Source of the DNA: an uncultured Chlamydiae bacterium
Lineage (GTDB): Bacteria > Chlamydiota > Chlamydiia > Chlamydiales > JAJFMA01
Length of the DNA stretch: 64,000 nucleotides
Reading direction: 5' to 3'
Assembly: GCA_963713615.1 (NCBI GenBank)
Contig: CAVQMM010000001.1
Location: 64,001 to 128,000, forward strand
A model generated the notes under the pieces. It was given only the letters and a program-made list of their open reading frames with translations, searched no databases and was not told the origin of the DNA. Each line of letters opens with the position of its first letter. Position 1 is the first letter of the stretch. Positions 19,759-30,450 of this stretch are shown here, piece by piece. A program made the translations under genes and the position numbers.

Positions 19759-20328
19759 TTACAAGAGTCTATGAGCCGAGACGGGAAGTTGAGCTTTAAG
19801 CTCTGGAATAGCATCTACGAAGGCTCTGACATTAGCATCGCGCTCATAGAGACTTTGCAGAACTTGGGGATTGCGAGCTGTCCAAACAGATGCTAAAACG
19901 ACGTCAGAACGAAAATAGGGAATAAAGAGATCAGGCCAACGCATCAGTAGGTCATTGGTTAGTAGGTCTTCAGACTTACTGAGTAGGCGAGGATTGTTTT
20001 TGATGTAGGCATGGGTCTCCTCAGAAGTGAACCACTTCTTAGCGGTTACATTGTCCCTTTTGAGCCAGAGGTTAAGGAGATAAGGACGAATACTTACAAG
20101 TTGATTGAAGAGCTTCGGATCTTCCTGGTACAGCGTTGTAATACGCGTGGTGTCATCGGTCATCCAATGTAGACCCCAGTCTGGATACTTTTGAAAGACA
20201 ACTTCCCGCTGGTCAGGGTGAGCCGCCCAATATTTTGTAAACTCAGGATAGTCCTTTATCGTCGGAGCAGCCGACACAAAAGCAGCTCCTACTAAGACTG
20301 GAAATAACCAAGACCTGGGGATCTTCAT
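19759..20328 (-). CDS. Hypothetical exported protein
   Basis: Signal-peptide-like MKIPRSWLFPVLVGAAFVSA; AGGTAGG RBS. Confidence 0.7.
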   Translation of the reverse strand: MKIPRSWLFPVLVGAAFVSAAPTIKDYPEFTKYWAAHPDQREVVFQKYPDWGLHWMTDDTTRITTLYQEDPKLFNQLVSIRPYLLNLWLKRDNVTAKKWFTSEETHAYIKNNPRLLSKSEDLLTNDLLMRWPDLFIPYFRSDVVLASVWTARNPQVLQSLYERDANVRAFVDAIPELKAQLPVSAHRLL

Positions 20329-20420
20329 CGCCTACCTATTTTTGGGTGTATCGTAGCTTGATTGGTCTTTATCAGGCAATTTTATCGATTGGAAAAAGGA
20401 ATGTGAGGAAAGAGTTAAGG

Positions 20421-20863
20421 AGAGGGAGAAGGGGAGGTTTGTGAGGGATTTTTTTACCACAGAGGCCGCAGGAGACGCCGAGATAGGAGAGAGAGGATTG
20501 GGAAAGAGGAGAAGAGAATGTCCCGTTTATGAAACCTTGGGCAAATCCTGTCTAAGGGCCCCCTGAAGAGAGCATCGTTTTGGTAAAGCCCTTAGACAGG
20601 ATTTGCCCAAGGTTTCATAAACGGGACAGGCGCTCAATCTAACTTTTTTTGTTAAATTGAGGACCTGTCCATTTTGGCTCGTACAATCCTGTCTGAGGTT
20701 TCTAAAGGGCTGTATCCTTGCGAGAACCCCTCAGACGGAATTGTGTACAGAGCCAGTAAATGGACATTCTCTTCTCCTCTTTCCCAATCCTCTCTCTCCT
20801 ATCTCGGCGTCTCTGCGGCCTCTGTGGTAAAAAAATCCCTCACAGACCTTCCCCTCTCCCTCT
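20421..20863. repeat. Family F cloverleaf element, copy 1
   Basis: About 100-bp outer arms; inner hairpins at 20519-20628, 20633-20661 and 20666-20766. Confidence 0.92.
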
Positions 20864-20886
20864 TCTTATCTTCTTCCTTCTCTCTT

Positions 20887-21771
20887 CTATTTCGGCGTCT
20901 GGGCCTCTTTAGCTGGCGGAGCGTGGAGTTCTTTAAAAATAGGTCTAGGCTGGTGAGTGACATAGGCAGCCACATCGAGAGCTTGTTCGATGGTTAGGTG
21001 GGGATCTTGATAGGGCATATTGTGATAGACAAATGAAGCCATCTTATCCAGCTTATTGATACCTGCGGCATTGTTAAAAGATTCATTTCCCCATAAGGGA
21101 GGATAGCTCAAATCGTAGAGACGAGCCTGACCCTCGCCATTTCCTCCGTGGCACTTGGCGCATTCTACGGCAAAGACTTTGCCACCATTTTCGATATTTG
21201 GAACATGGTGGCTGCGAAGTTCTTTTAAGCCTAGCCAGTTTTCTTCAGGAACAGAGGTTACACCGCTAGAAATCCAGTCGAGGTAAGCAATCATGGCGGC
21301 CATCTCGTGGCTACCTGGGGGGAGAGGACGCCCATTGAGACTGCGCAGAAAGCAGCCGTTGATGCGTCCTTCTAGGGTGATCGAATTGCCATTAGGAAGC
21401 TTACGGGGATAGACCTTTGAGACACCCACCAGTGAGATGCCTCCATTTCTTCCACCCATCGTAGCGCCACCGCAGAAGTGGCAGTTATTGCAGCTGATGA
21501 TATCGCCAGCATATTCAGGGCAGTGTGCTTTGGTTTCCAACATGCATCTAAAGCCATGCATGACAAGTGGCTTGATCTCATCTGGAGCCATTTGAGGGTC
21601 TAGGAGAGCAATTTGGCCAAAGGAAGCTGCTTTCTCGTCAGGGCGAAATGCTTCGCCGGTATTAACCTCAGATTTTCCTCCAGGGAGGATAGCTTTATAG
21701 CATATCGTACCAGCTATCCCAAGCCCAATGAGGAGCCCAAATACGCCTGTCAGAATGCGGCTCTTTAGCAT
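20887..21771 (-). CDS. Diheme cytochrome c, TsdA (thiosulfate dehydrogenase)-like
   Basis: CNNCH and CAKCH heme motifs, RINGCFLRSLNG, PPLWG, NMPY; N-terminal TM. Confidence 0.8.
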   Translation of the reverse strand: MLKSRILTGVFGLLIGLGIAGTICYKAILPGGKSEVNTGEAFRPDEKAASFGQIALLDPQMAPDEIKPLVMHGFRCMLETKAHCPEYAGDIISCNNCHFCGGATMGGRNGGISLVGVSKVYPRKLPNGNSITLEGRINGCFLRSLNGRPLPPGSHEMAAMIAYLDWISSGVTSVPEENWLGLKELRSHHVPNIENGGKVFAVECAKCHGGNGEGQARLYDLSYPPLWGNESFNNAAGINKLDKMASFVYHNMPYQDPHLTIEQALDVAAYVTHQPRPIFKELHAPPAKEAQTPK

Positions 21772-21803
21772 AGTGCTCCCTATCTAGATGTATGAAACCT
21801 GTA

Positions 21804-23615
21804 CTAAAGCAGTCCTTGCTGCTTTTTGTCCAGCTCATCCCAGCGTAGATAGAGTTGTTCGATCTGATTTTCAGCTAATGCTACAGCAGAACAGATTTCC
21901 TGCAAGCGGACTGGATTTTGGGCTATGGCACTGTCTTCTAGGAGACGATTGAGGCTCTGGACCTCTTCTTCCAGCTTGCCTATCTTTTCCTCGATCTGGT
22001 CATACTCTCGCTTTTCGCCATAGGAAAGCTTGCCTTTAGACGAAGAACTTTCACTACGTTTTTCTTTCTCTTTGGGCTTCGGAGGCGAAGCAACAGCCTC
22101 GCGAGATTTTTGTGAGGCTTCCCACTGGGAATATTCGGCGTATAGGTCGGTGTTGTCAGGATCACCCAGCGCTAAAAAGCCATTACAAATGCGGTCTAGC
22201 ATGCAGCGGTCGTGGGTGATAAGGACGACGGCTCCAGGAAACTCCAGGAGGCTTTCTTCAAGAGTCTCCAGAGTTGGAATATCGAGATCATTGGTTGGTT
22301 CATCCAATAAGAGCACATCAGCCGGCTGGAGCATGAGATGAGCGATAGAGATACGGGCTCTCTCGCCTCCGGAAAGCTTTCCAAGAGGCATGTCGAGAAC
22401 TTCTGGCGCAAACAGAAAGCGCTTACACCAGCCATTGACGTGAATGGGTTGTCCTCGAAACATCACATAGTCGCCATTAGGGGCAAGCGCTTGACGCAAG
22501 GGGATATTGTCTGGAAGCTTGGTGCGGTGCTGATCGAAGTAGACAATTTGAAGGCCATCAGCCCTTTTGATCGTGCCTTGTTCAGGCAAGATCTCTTCGT
22601 TGAGCAGGCGCAATAAAGTCGTTTTGCCTGATCCATTAGGACCCATCAGGCCTATACGTGTGCCAGGCGTCAGCGAGAGGTCGAGATTACGAAAAAGAGT
22701 GCGTTCACCTGCTGTCCTGCACAGGTTCTTGCCAACGAGAAGTTTTTGCGTCTCCCTTTCAGTAGCAACAAAATCGATGTTTGCTGTGCGCTGACGGTTG
22801 CGCCCTTGAACCTGAGAAAGTTCCTCTAATAGTTCGTGGGCGTCATCAACACGGGATTGCGCTTTGGTTGTGCGAGCCTTGGGTGACCTTCTAAGCCATT
22901 CAGTTTCCTTGCGTGCCTTTGATGCCAGCCCTCGTTCCTGCTGGAGTTGGCCAGCTAAAAATTCACCTTTGAGTTGCAAAAACTGAGAGTAGGAGCCATC
23001 GATGGAAAAGAGGCCCTCCGGATAGACCTTATCGATCTCAATGATTTTATTGGTGGCATTTTGTAGAAAATAGCGGTCGTGGCTGACAAGGAGGTAGGTA
23101 GGGGCCTCTCTGGCCAGAAATTTTTCCAGCCATAGAATTCCTTCCAAATCCAAGTGGTTAGTGGGTTCATCCAGCAAAAGTAGGTCGGGCGACAGGATGA
23201 GCTCGCGGGCCAAGGCCAGACGCTTTTTCCATCCACCGGATAGGATCGCTGCCGAAGATTCCATTCCAGTAAAGCCTAGCTTGCTGAGCCACGTGCTCGC
23301 CAACCTTTCTTTTTCGTATTCTGGGGTGTCGCTGTCACCTTTTAAAGCTTCTACAAGAATGGTCTGAGGGGACAGATCTGGAAATTCGCACGTCTGCGGA
23401 ACGTATCCGATGCGAAGGCCACGGCGTGGAGACAGGATCCCTTCGTCGGGTTTATCAAGACCTGCTAGAATTTTCAAGAGCGTGGTTTTGCCTGATCCAT
23501 TGGGACCGATCAAGCCGACGTGATCATCTTGAAATAGGCTTAAGGACAAATTCCGAAATAAATTTCGGGTTCCGATGGATTTGGATACTGATTGGCAATT
23601 ATAGAGTAAGCTCAT
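21804..23615 (-). CDS. uup: ABC-F family ATPase (Uup-like)
   Basis: Two ABC domains (GPNGSGKT twice, LSGG, LDEPTN), WLRRSPKARTTK linker, C-terminal coiled coil ending LYLRWDEL. Confidence 0.85.
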   Translation of the reverse strand: MSLLYNCQSVSKSIGTRNLFRNLSLSLFQDDHVGLIGPNGSGKTTLLKILAGLDKPDEGILSPRRGLRIGYVPQTCEFPDLSPQTILVEALKGDSDTPEYEKERLASTWLSKLGFTGMESSAAILSGGWKKRLALARELILSPDLLLLDEPTNHLDLEGILWLEKFLAREAPTYLLVSHDRYFLQNATNKIIEIDKVYPEGLFSIDGSYSQFLQLKGEFLAGQLQQERGLASKARKETEWLRRSPKARTTKAQSRVDDAHELLEELSQVQGRNRQRTANIDFVATERETQKLLVGKNLCRTAGERTLFRNLDLSLTPGTRIGLMGPNGSGKTTLLRLLNEEILPEQGTIKRADGLQIVYFDQHRTKLPDNIPLRQALAPNGDYVMFRGQPIHVNGWCKRFLFAPEVLDMPLGKLSGGERARISIAHLMLQPADVLLLDEPTNDLDIPTLETLEESLLEFPGAVVLITHDRCMLDRICNGFLALGDPDNTDLYAEYSQWEASQKSREAVASPPKPKEKEKRSESSSSKGKLSYGEKREYDQIEEKIGKLEEEVQSLNRLLEDSAIAQNPVRLQEICSAVALAENQIEQLYLRWDELDKKQQGLL

Positions 23616-23761
23616 GGAAACATGTTAACACGTCTGGCATGGTTCGTGTAGCTCTTTTAGCTCTGAGGGACAAAAAGCACCACTTTTGTCTTTGTCTCGA
23701 TTTAGGAATGTTCACTGCAGAGACGCCTAGAAGCTGAAGTCGTTAAGTCTTGGTTCTTTAT

Positions 23762-25021
23762 TTAGATGGGGGAGGTGTTGTCTATGTTATCAGGAGAGCT
23801 GCGCTTTAAACGATTGACGCTGCTCAAATCTACGCTGTTCTCAAATATTTCCTGTACTTTTACCCTCGTCAAATTGTCTTTACCTGGTTGCTGAGTGATG
23901 TCTAGGTTTAGCTCGATGATTTGAAAGTCTTGTTGACGCAATGCTAGAGTTTTTAGCCCCTCCGCAGATAGCTGTGAAGCAGAAATTTTAAGCCGAGGAA
24001 CCTTTGGCAGATGGCTCAACAAAGGATTTATATCACCATTCGTGTCAATTCCGAGGAATTGAAGGTCGGGGCAATCAGAGAGAGCATTAAAAACTGAGCG
24101 GTTTACGGCATATCCATCTAAATAGAGCTCGCGAAGATGACGTCCATATTTGTCGATTAACGTTTCGACAAGCGTGGTATTTCCGTAGCGTCCTCGAAGA
24201 TCCATACCATAAATTGTTTCTCGCATCTGAAATAAATGGAAAAAAAGGTTTTGCGACACCCAATGTCCTGTTCTACCACCAAACTGAAGGTAACAGTCTT
24301 GTCGATTCAGGGGTTTTGGGTTCACCAGGTCCACTCTCGTATAGGGGATGCCTTCTTGACTTAAGGTAGTTGCGCATGGATCCGTGGCTTGGGACGATAG
24401 AATCAACTTTAGGAAGGAAGCTGGATCTGCTGAATTTACGTGTATAGCGATGTTCGAAGATGGATTTGTGGAGAACTGATGAGGCAAAAAGATGATAGTA
24501 GAAGGATTGTGATTAAGAAATGACTGAAAAAAACCAGGTTCGTTAACGATTTTACAGCCTCTTAAATCGACAAACTGAAGCTTTTTACAGTTTTTTGCAA
24601 GGATGTCGAGTAACTCCGAGTCCAAAAGATGAGGCGCATGAAACTCAAAATTTCGAAGATTAGTGAGTTTAGGTAATCGTTCCTTCAGACTTGGGAAACA
24701 CGTTGCTTCAGTTTTAATGTATAGAGTATGAAGATTTGAACAACTAGCTAATGCGTCAAGTATTTTCTTGCATTTGTTATGAGATGTGTAGTACAACTCT
24801 TGCAGGCTATAATCGTTATTTTTTATCAATCTTACAACAATGGCCTGGATATGCTTTTGTTGTGCATTGGCCGCAATGCCCTTGAGAGATCGCGTTTTAA
24901 AATCTTCCATACGATGACGTGATGATAGAGATTCTGATCCAATTAATTGAACATATTTTTGTTCGGGATTTGCATTGTTCGGTTGTTTAATGTTTACTTT
25001 CGAATATATAGAACCTTCCAT
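23762..25021 (-). CDS. LRR-like orphan protein (paralog family member 3, two modules)
   Basis: SLQELYY, CSNLHTLYI, CKKLQFVDLRGC, IYGMDLRG, HLRELYLDG, CPDLQFLGI; visibly AT-rich. Confidence 0.7.
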   Translation of the reverse strand: MEGSIYSKVNIKQPNNANPEQKYVQLIGSESLSSRHRMEDFKTRSLKGIAANAQQKHIQAIVVRLIKNNDYSLQELYYTSHNKCKKILDALASCSNLHTLYIKTEATCFPSLKERLPKLTNLRNFEFHAPHLLDSELLDILAKNCKKLQFVDLRGCKIVNEPGFFQSFLNHNPSTIIFLPHQFSTNPSSNIAIHVNSADPASFLKLILSSQATDPCATTLSQEGIPYTRVDLVNPKPLNRQDCYLQFGGRTGHWVSQNLFFHLFQMRETIYGMDLRGRYGNTTLVETLIDKYGRHLRELYLDGYAVNRSVFNALSDCPDLQFLGIDTNGDINPLLSHLPKVPRLKISASQLSAEGLKTLALRQQDFQIIELNLDITQQPGKDNLTRVKVQEIFENSVDLSSVNRLKRSSPDNIDNTSPI

Positions 25022-25113
25022 ACTAAGTAACTTTACTTATTAATTAATTTGATGTCAAGGAGCGGAGCATTCCTTTATAAAGTGGCTAATTCGGAGTCTT
25101 GGGGAAGAATTGG

Positions 25114-25526
25114 GGTTCATCCGGTTTTGTAGGACTTGACAACACAGGCAGGAGCGAGGAGGGAAAGAAGAGGAGGATTAGGAATTAGGATTTACACAGA
25201 GAACGCCGAGACGCCGAGGTAGGAGAGAGAGGATTAGGAGAGAACGTGCCATTTGTGGAGCCTCAGGCAAAACTCTGTCTAAGGGCCGTTTGAGAGGTAT
25301 TGTTTTGATGAAAGCCCTTAGACAGAGTTTTGCCTGAGGCTCCACAAATGGCTCAGGTGCTCAATCTAACTTTTTTGTTAAATTGAGTAGCTGAATGTGC
25401 TTTCCTCTTCCTCTCTCTCCTACCTCGGCGTCTCGGCGTTCTCTGTGTAAATCCTAATTCCTAATCCTCCTCTTTCCCTCCTCGCTCTCTGCCTGCGTAG
25501 TCAAGTCCTACAAAACCGGATGAGCC
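25114..25526. repeat. Family F cloverleaf element, copy 2
   Basis: About 120-bp outer arms; inner hairpins at 25248-25352 and 25360-25387 are related to those of copy 1. Confidence 0.92.
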
Positions 25527-25562
25527 AGAATTGGGAGGGCTGGCTGAAAAAGAACTACACCA

Positions 25563-26327
25563 ATGGCCTATACCTATGCTAACATATCGCGCATGACAGA
25601 CGAACTCGTAAGATTATCAAAGCTAATGACCGAACGGGGCATCTGCTCACGTCGCGAGGCTGACCGCTATATTGAGCAAGGCCTGGTTCAGGTGGATGGA
25701 GAAATTGTCTCTGTCCTCGGGACGAAAGTATCGCCAAATGCGACCATCGAGCTATTGCCGCGTGCGCAACGTAGCCAGGAGCGCAAGGTAACGATTCTGC
25801 TCAATAAGCCCATAGGCTATGTTTCCACCCAACCGGAAAAGGGTTACCCTCCAGCTATTGATCTTATTTATGAACAAACCCAGGTAGAGGATGATTCAGG
25901 ACCAATGTTTCATCCCTCGCACCTCGTAAAGCTTGCTGTAGCAGGACGTTTAGACATCGATTCTAAAGGGCTGCTGGTTTTCACCCAAGACGGCGTCTTG
26001 GTTCGAAAGCTCATCGGGCCAGGTTCTGATATGGAGAAGGAATACCTTGTTTACGTGGTCGGTGAGGTTACGGACCAGGTATTGCGGAGGCTACGCTATG
26101 GATTATCGTTAGACGATAAACCCCTCAAGCGAGCCAAAATTGATGTGTTACAGCCACACGTCCTACGATTTGTTTTGCGCGAAGGGAGAAAGCGGCAGAT
26201 CCGACGCATGTGCGAAGCCGTAGGATTGGAAGTCACGGGTTTGAAGCGTGTGCGCATCGGAAGAGTACGCTTAGGCACCTTGCCGGAGGGGCAATGGCGT
26301 TATCTCGGCCCCGACGAGCAGTTCTGA
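25563..26327 (+). CDS. rRNA pseudouridine synthase (RsuA/RluB/RluF family)
   Basis: S4 domain ([16 protein letters not shown]), [31 protein letters not shown]. Start may be 25593. Confidence 0.92.
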   Translation: MAYTYANISRMTDELVRLSKLMTERGICSRREADRYIEQGLVQVDGEIVSVLGTKVSPNATIELLPRAQRSQERKVTILLNKPIGYVSTQPEKGYPPAIDLIYEQTQVEDDSGPMFHPSHLVKLAVAGRLDIDSKGLLVFTQDGVLVRKLIGPGSDMEKEYLVYVVGEVTDQVLRRLRYGLSLDDKPLKRAKIDVLQPHVLRFVLREGRKRQIRRMCEAVGLEVTGLKRVRIGRVRLGTLPEGQWRYLGPDEQF

Positions 26328-27175
26328 ACGAAGTTGATGAATGCACGTACCTTCGGTGGTGTTAGTTTAGCCTCCCGATAGCACACATAAAGTGGAACAT
26401 CTCTTTTCGCCGATAGTTCCGGTAAAATTTCGACCAGGGCGCCAGATTTCAGTTCTTTCGTAGCGAGATATTCGTGAATCCAGGTCATCCCAATACCCTC
26501 CACAGCCAGATCTTTGAGGGCCTGTGCATCGTTAACGTACAAAAAAGGATTCAAAACAACCTCTTTACCATTCAGTTGAATGCTGTAGTTCGGCTGACGC
26601 ATGGTGTGGGCCAGGTAGCGATGAGACTTCAAATCCGCCACTTTTTTTGGTTTTCCAAAGCTTTCGAGATAGCTCGGAGCAGCACATAAAACGTAGCGTG
26701 TGGTCCCAATTTTTTTCTGAATGGCGTTGGGCGGTCCAGGAATCGACAGGCCAACCATGACATCAAGCCCCTCTTTTTCAAGGTCTGGAATTCGCTCACT
26801 TAAATCAAGCTCAAGGGTGACTTTAGGATAACGGTCGGTCCATTCCTTCAGGTAGGGAATGATGTAACGTTCCGCAAAGTGACGTCCTGAAAAGACTTTA
26901 AGATGCCCTTGAGGGATTTTTTTGTAGCCAGATAAAAAATTCTGAATCCCTTTTAGAGACTCTCTAATGCTCTGGCTTTCCTGAAATATCTGCGCACCAG
27001 CATCTGTCAGTTCGATGGAGCGTGTGGTTCGATTAAGAAGGCGAAGTCCACATGCCTCTTCAAGGGAAGAAATTTGTTTGCTGATAGCAGCCTTGGTAAG
27101 ACCCCGCTTTTTTGCCGCTGAGGTGAAGCCACCACTCTCTACCACATCTATAAAAACCAGTAGACGTTCGATCAT
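26300..27175 (-). CDS. LysR family transcriptional regulator (DmlR/CrgA-like)
   Basis: [41 protein letters not shown]. Confidence 0.93.
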   Translation of the reverse strand: MIERLLVFIDVVESGGFTSAAKKRGLTKAAISKQISSLEEACGLRLLNRTTRSIELTDAGAQIFQESQSIRESLKGIQNFLSGYKKIPQGHLKVFSGRHFAERYIIPYLKEWTDRYPKVTLELDLSERIPDLEKEGLDVMVGLSIPGPPNAIQKKIGTTRYVLCAAPSYLESFGKPKKVADLKSHRYLAHTMRQPNYSIQLNGKEVVLNPFLYVNDAQALKDLAVEGIGMTWIHEYLATKELKSGALVEILPELSAKRDVPLYVCYREAKLTPPKVRAFINFVQNCSSGPR

Positions 27176-27261
27176 CGTTCCTCGATTGTTAATAATTGTT
27201 CAACTAATGTTGACACTTACGCATATTGTATACCAAAGCGATTTGTGCTACAATGATGTGT

Positions 27262-28593
27262 ATGAAAAATTATTCATTTATCCTACTTCTGTACATTGTG
27301 TTGCTGGCGTTTCCACAAATGAGCGAGACCATCATATCTCCTTCTTTACCGGGAATTGCAGCCTCTTTGCAATCTGACCATCAGGTTGTCGAACTTTCCC
27401 TAAGTATCTTCTTTGCGGGCTTTGCTGCGGGTGTATCCTTTTGGGGGATAGGCGCTGATTGGTGGGGCAGACGTCGCGCTCTACTTTATGGTCTGGTCGT
27501 GTTCTCACTGGGTTCTGTAGCCTGCACGCTATCACAGAGCATTGGTCAATTGTTGACGGCTACTTTCCTACAAGCTATCGGAGCAAGTTGCGGATCGGTG
27601 GTGACACAAACGATTTTACGCGATGTTTATAAACCGGAACAACGCGGACAGGTTTTTGCCATTATCGGTATGGCTTTGGCTTTTAGTCCAGCTTTGGGGC
27701 CTTTCATAGGTAGTTTGTTGGATGTTTCTTTTGGCTGGCGAGCAAATTATGTTTTTTGTGCTGGTCTGGGGCTGTTACTGTTTGTAGTTAGTGCCGTAGG
27801 AATCAAAGAGACACGTCCTGAAGGCTTACCAAAGCAGACCTTAGGATCTCTTGCACAGATTGCGAAAGTGATGATTCGCGATCCGTTCATCTGGGCGTGT
27901 GCGTTGCTAATTGGTATCTGCAATGGTGTGCTGTTCTGTTTTTTTGGAGAAGGGCCTTTTATCTTTATAGAAAAACTTGGCCTCGATGCTAATCAGTATG
28001 GTTGGATTGGAATCGTCGTGTCCTTATCTGTCTTTTTGGCTGGCAGCATCAGCCACAGACAGGTCGCTAAGATTGGTCCTGAGGCTCTGACGAAACGAGG
28101 GACTATTATACTGGCGTTGGGAGCATTGGCATATCTAGGAGCGTCAGCACTTGTAGAAATGAGCAATGGGTCGGGCCTGATCGCTGCTCTGGCATTGGTA
28201 CCTTCTTTGCTCGTTCTATTCTTAGGGATGGGATTAATCATCTCCAATGTATTGAGCATGGCTTTAAAGAATTATCAAGCTTGTGTGGGGTCTGCTGGCT
28301 CTCTATTTGGTCTGCTTTACTACATGATCATCGCATTGCTGACAGCGGGTATGAGTGCCTTGCATGGCGATACCATTCTTGCGCTACCTATCTATCTGGT
28401 TGGGTTGAGTCTGTTAGGATGCATCATTGCGATGGGGCTGACTCAAAGAGAGGCTGTAAAGACCTCGACTTCGGTCTCCGTTGGTTCGAGCCCAACAAGC
28501 AAGTTTTTGGGTTCATCCGGTTTTGTAGGCCTTAGGTATAGAGGGGAGCGAGGAATAGGATTGACTAGAGAGAACACCGAGACGCCGAGATAG
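27262..28593 (+). CDS. Bcr/CflA-type MFS drug efflux transporter with repeat-derived C-terminal tail
   Basis: ETIISPSLP, ADWWGRRRAL, PALGPFIGS, ETRP; divergent from LysR; start could be 27253-27262. Confidence 0.88.
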   Translation: MKNYSFILLLYIVLLAFPQMSETIISPSLPGIAASLQSDHQVVELSLSIFFAGFAAGVSFWGIGADWWGRRRALLYGLVVFSLGSVACTLSQSIGQLLTATFLQAIGASCGSVVTQTILRDVYKPEQRGQVFAIIGMALAFSPALGPFIGSLLDVSFGWRANYVFCAGLGLLLFVVSAVGIKETRPEGLPKQTLGSLAQIAKVMIRDPFIWACALLIGICNGVLFCFFGEGPFIFIEKLGLDANQYGWIGIVVSLSVFLAGSISHRQVAKIGPEALTKRGTIILALGALAYLGASALVEMSNGSGLIAALALVPSLLVLFLGMGLIISNVLSMALKNYQACVGSAGSLFGLLYYMIIALLTAGMSALHGDTILALPIYLVGLSLLGCIIAMGLTQREAVKTSTSVSVGSSPTSKFLGSSGFVGLRYRGERGIGLTRENTETPR

Positions 28594-28604
28594 GAGAGAG
28601 AGGA
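28509..28604. repeat. Family F left-arm fragment overlapping the MFS 3' end
   Basis: GGGTTCATCCGGTTTTGTAGG (as at about 25113) and CCGAGACGCCGAGATAGGAGAGAGAGGA. Confidence 0.8.
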
Positions 28605-28677
28605 AAAATCCTGATCCTTTCCGTGCTGTTCCATTTCAAGTTCCGAAATAAAAATTCATAAAATTACCGTTTATCAT

Positions 28678-28733
28678 GGGGTCAGGCTTCACATTTGACA
28701 ATTTGGAAATTGTGAAATGTGAAGCTTGAGCCC
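28678..28733. repeat. Imperfect palindrome
   Basis: GGGGTCAGGCTTCACATTTGACAATTT / AAATTGTGAAATGTGAAGCTTGAGCCC. Confidence 0.7.
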
Positions 28734-28946
28734 TTTAATTCGCTCGACAGTCTGCTGCCAAAAAACAGGGCTGACGAAAGCTCTCTTGTACAGACGTGTC
28801 AAATTAAATATTTATTATTATAGCGCTTGTGTGATAAATTTGTAGATCAATGAGTTTCTGCATCAAATTTGTCCTAAGGTGCTATCTCGAAAGAATCAAA
28901 ACCAATCAAAGTTTTGTTTTTAAACATTAACGATTCTAGGAGAAAG

Positions 28947-30359
28947 ATGAAATTTACACCAATCTACGTGCTCTTTGTTTTTTTATGTCATTTACCCTTC
29001 CTGAATACACATGCAGATGAGCCTGGAACCTTTGAACAAATTACAGGTTCACCGTTTGGAGCGGGCACTGCACCTGCATCCGTAGCTTATTCTCCACTAG
29101 CATCGGGCAATTTATTTTCCGCTGTTCCTAATTTTCGCGATAACACGGTATCGGTGTATCAGGTAGCTCAAATAACAGGAACATTTACTGAAGTCAGTGG
29201 CTCTCCTTTTGCTACGGGTGGTCTGCCGGCTTGGCAAGCATTTTCACCACTAGTATCAGGAATCCTATTTTCTGCTGTTGCTAATTTCAATGACAATACA
29301 GTGTCTGTGTATGAGGTGAATCAAACTACGGGTGTATTTACCGAGGTTTTGGGCTCGCCCTTTGCGACGGGAGTAGGACCTGCTAGTATAGAATTTTCAC
29401 CACCGATCTCAGGCAATCTATATGCTGCTGTCCCTAATACCAGCGACGATACCGTGTCAGTGTATAAGGTGAATCACACAACTGGTGTATTTACCGAAGT
29501 TGTAGGTTCGCCTTTTGCAGCCGGGGCAGAGCCCAATTTCGCAGTATTTTCGCCGGTAGTATCAGGAAATCTATTTGCTACTGTGGCTAATGCCAGTGGC
29601 AATACAGTATCAGTATATAAAGTCAATCCAACTACAGGAGTATTTAGCGAGGTTGTCGGCTCTCCTTTTGCAACGGGATCAAGACCTCTTAATGTAAAAT
29701 TTTCCCCACTCGTCTCAGGAAATTTATTTGCGGCTGTTGCTAACTTAAATGACAATAACGTGTCAGTGTACGACGTTAATATCACCACAGGCGCATTTAC
29801 AGAAATTTCAACCTCTCCCTTTGCTGCTGGATCTGGGGCTAATGTGCTAGCATTTTCGCCTCACGCATCTGGACAGCTATTTGCCGCTGTTGGCAATTTC
29901 AACAGCAATAACGTCTCAGTATATGATGTTAATCCGACTTCCGGTGAATTTACAGAAGTGACAGGTTCTCCTTTTGCGACGGGCGGCGAACCCGATGGAA
30001 TCGCATTCTCTCCAATCCTATCAGAAAAGTTATTTGCTGCAGTCGCAAATTTTTCTGACAACACAGTATCTGTTTTTCAAGTGATTGTCGTTTCTACCAC
30101 GCCAAAAATTGATAGTGTTGTTCCAGATCATGGACTAATCACCGGGGGAACCTCTGTGACGATTACCGGTAAAAACTTTGCTGGAGCGAATGCTGTCAAT
30201 TTTGGAACGAATGCAGCCACCTCTTTCACGTTTGATAGTGATGTTCAGATTACAGCGGTTTCTCCATCTGGAACTGGAACCGTAGATGTCACCATCACAA
30301 CACCCGACGGAACCTCTCCGATATCTCCGAAGGATCGCTTTACCTACAGAATCCATTGA
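28947..30359 (+). CDS. Secreted 7-repeat beta-propeller (lactonase-like) plus IPT/TIG domain protein
   Basis: AGGAG RBS; signal peptide; seven about 51-aa GSPFATG...FSP...NTVSVY repeats; GGTSVTITGKNF...SDVQITAVSP. Confidence 0.85.
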   Translation: MKFTPIYVLFVFLCHLPFLNTHADEPGTFEQITGSPFGAGTAPASVAYSPLASGNLFSAVPNFRDNTVSVYQVAQITGTFTEVSGSPFATGGLPAWQAFSPLVSGILFSAVANFNDNTVSVYEVNQTTGVFTEVLGSPFATGVGPASIEFSPPISGNLYAAVPNTSDDTVSVYKVNHTTGVFTEVVGSPFAAGAEPNFAVFSPVVSGNLFATVANASGNTVSVYKVNPTTGVFSEVVGSPFATGSRPLNVKFSPLVSGNLFAAVANLNDNNVSVYDVNITTGAFTEISTSPFAAGSGANVLAFSPHASGQLFAAVGNFNSNNVSVYDVNPTSGEFTEVTGSPFATGGEPDGIAFSPILSEKLFAAVANFSDNTVSVFQVIVVSTTPKIDSVVPDHGLITGGTSVTITGKNFAGANAVNFGTNAATSFTFDSDVQITAVSPSGTGTVDVTITTPDGTSPISPKDRFTYRIH

Positions 30360-30450
30360 AATTGAAAGATGGGTTCATAAGCCAATGTTATTCTAAGGGG
30401 CGAAACCGTAATGCGGATATCATATTAAAATAATTGGTGAAAACTTCAAT

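Noticed and set aside
20421..20863. Cloverleaf as a tRNA or tmRNA
   Set aside because: Far too large, with stems of 40-100 bp and no T-loop, D-loop or CCA signatures.
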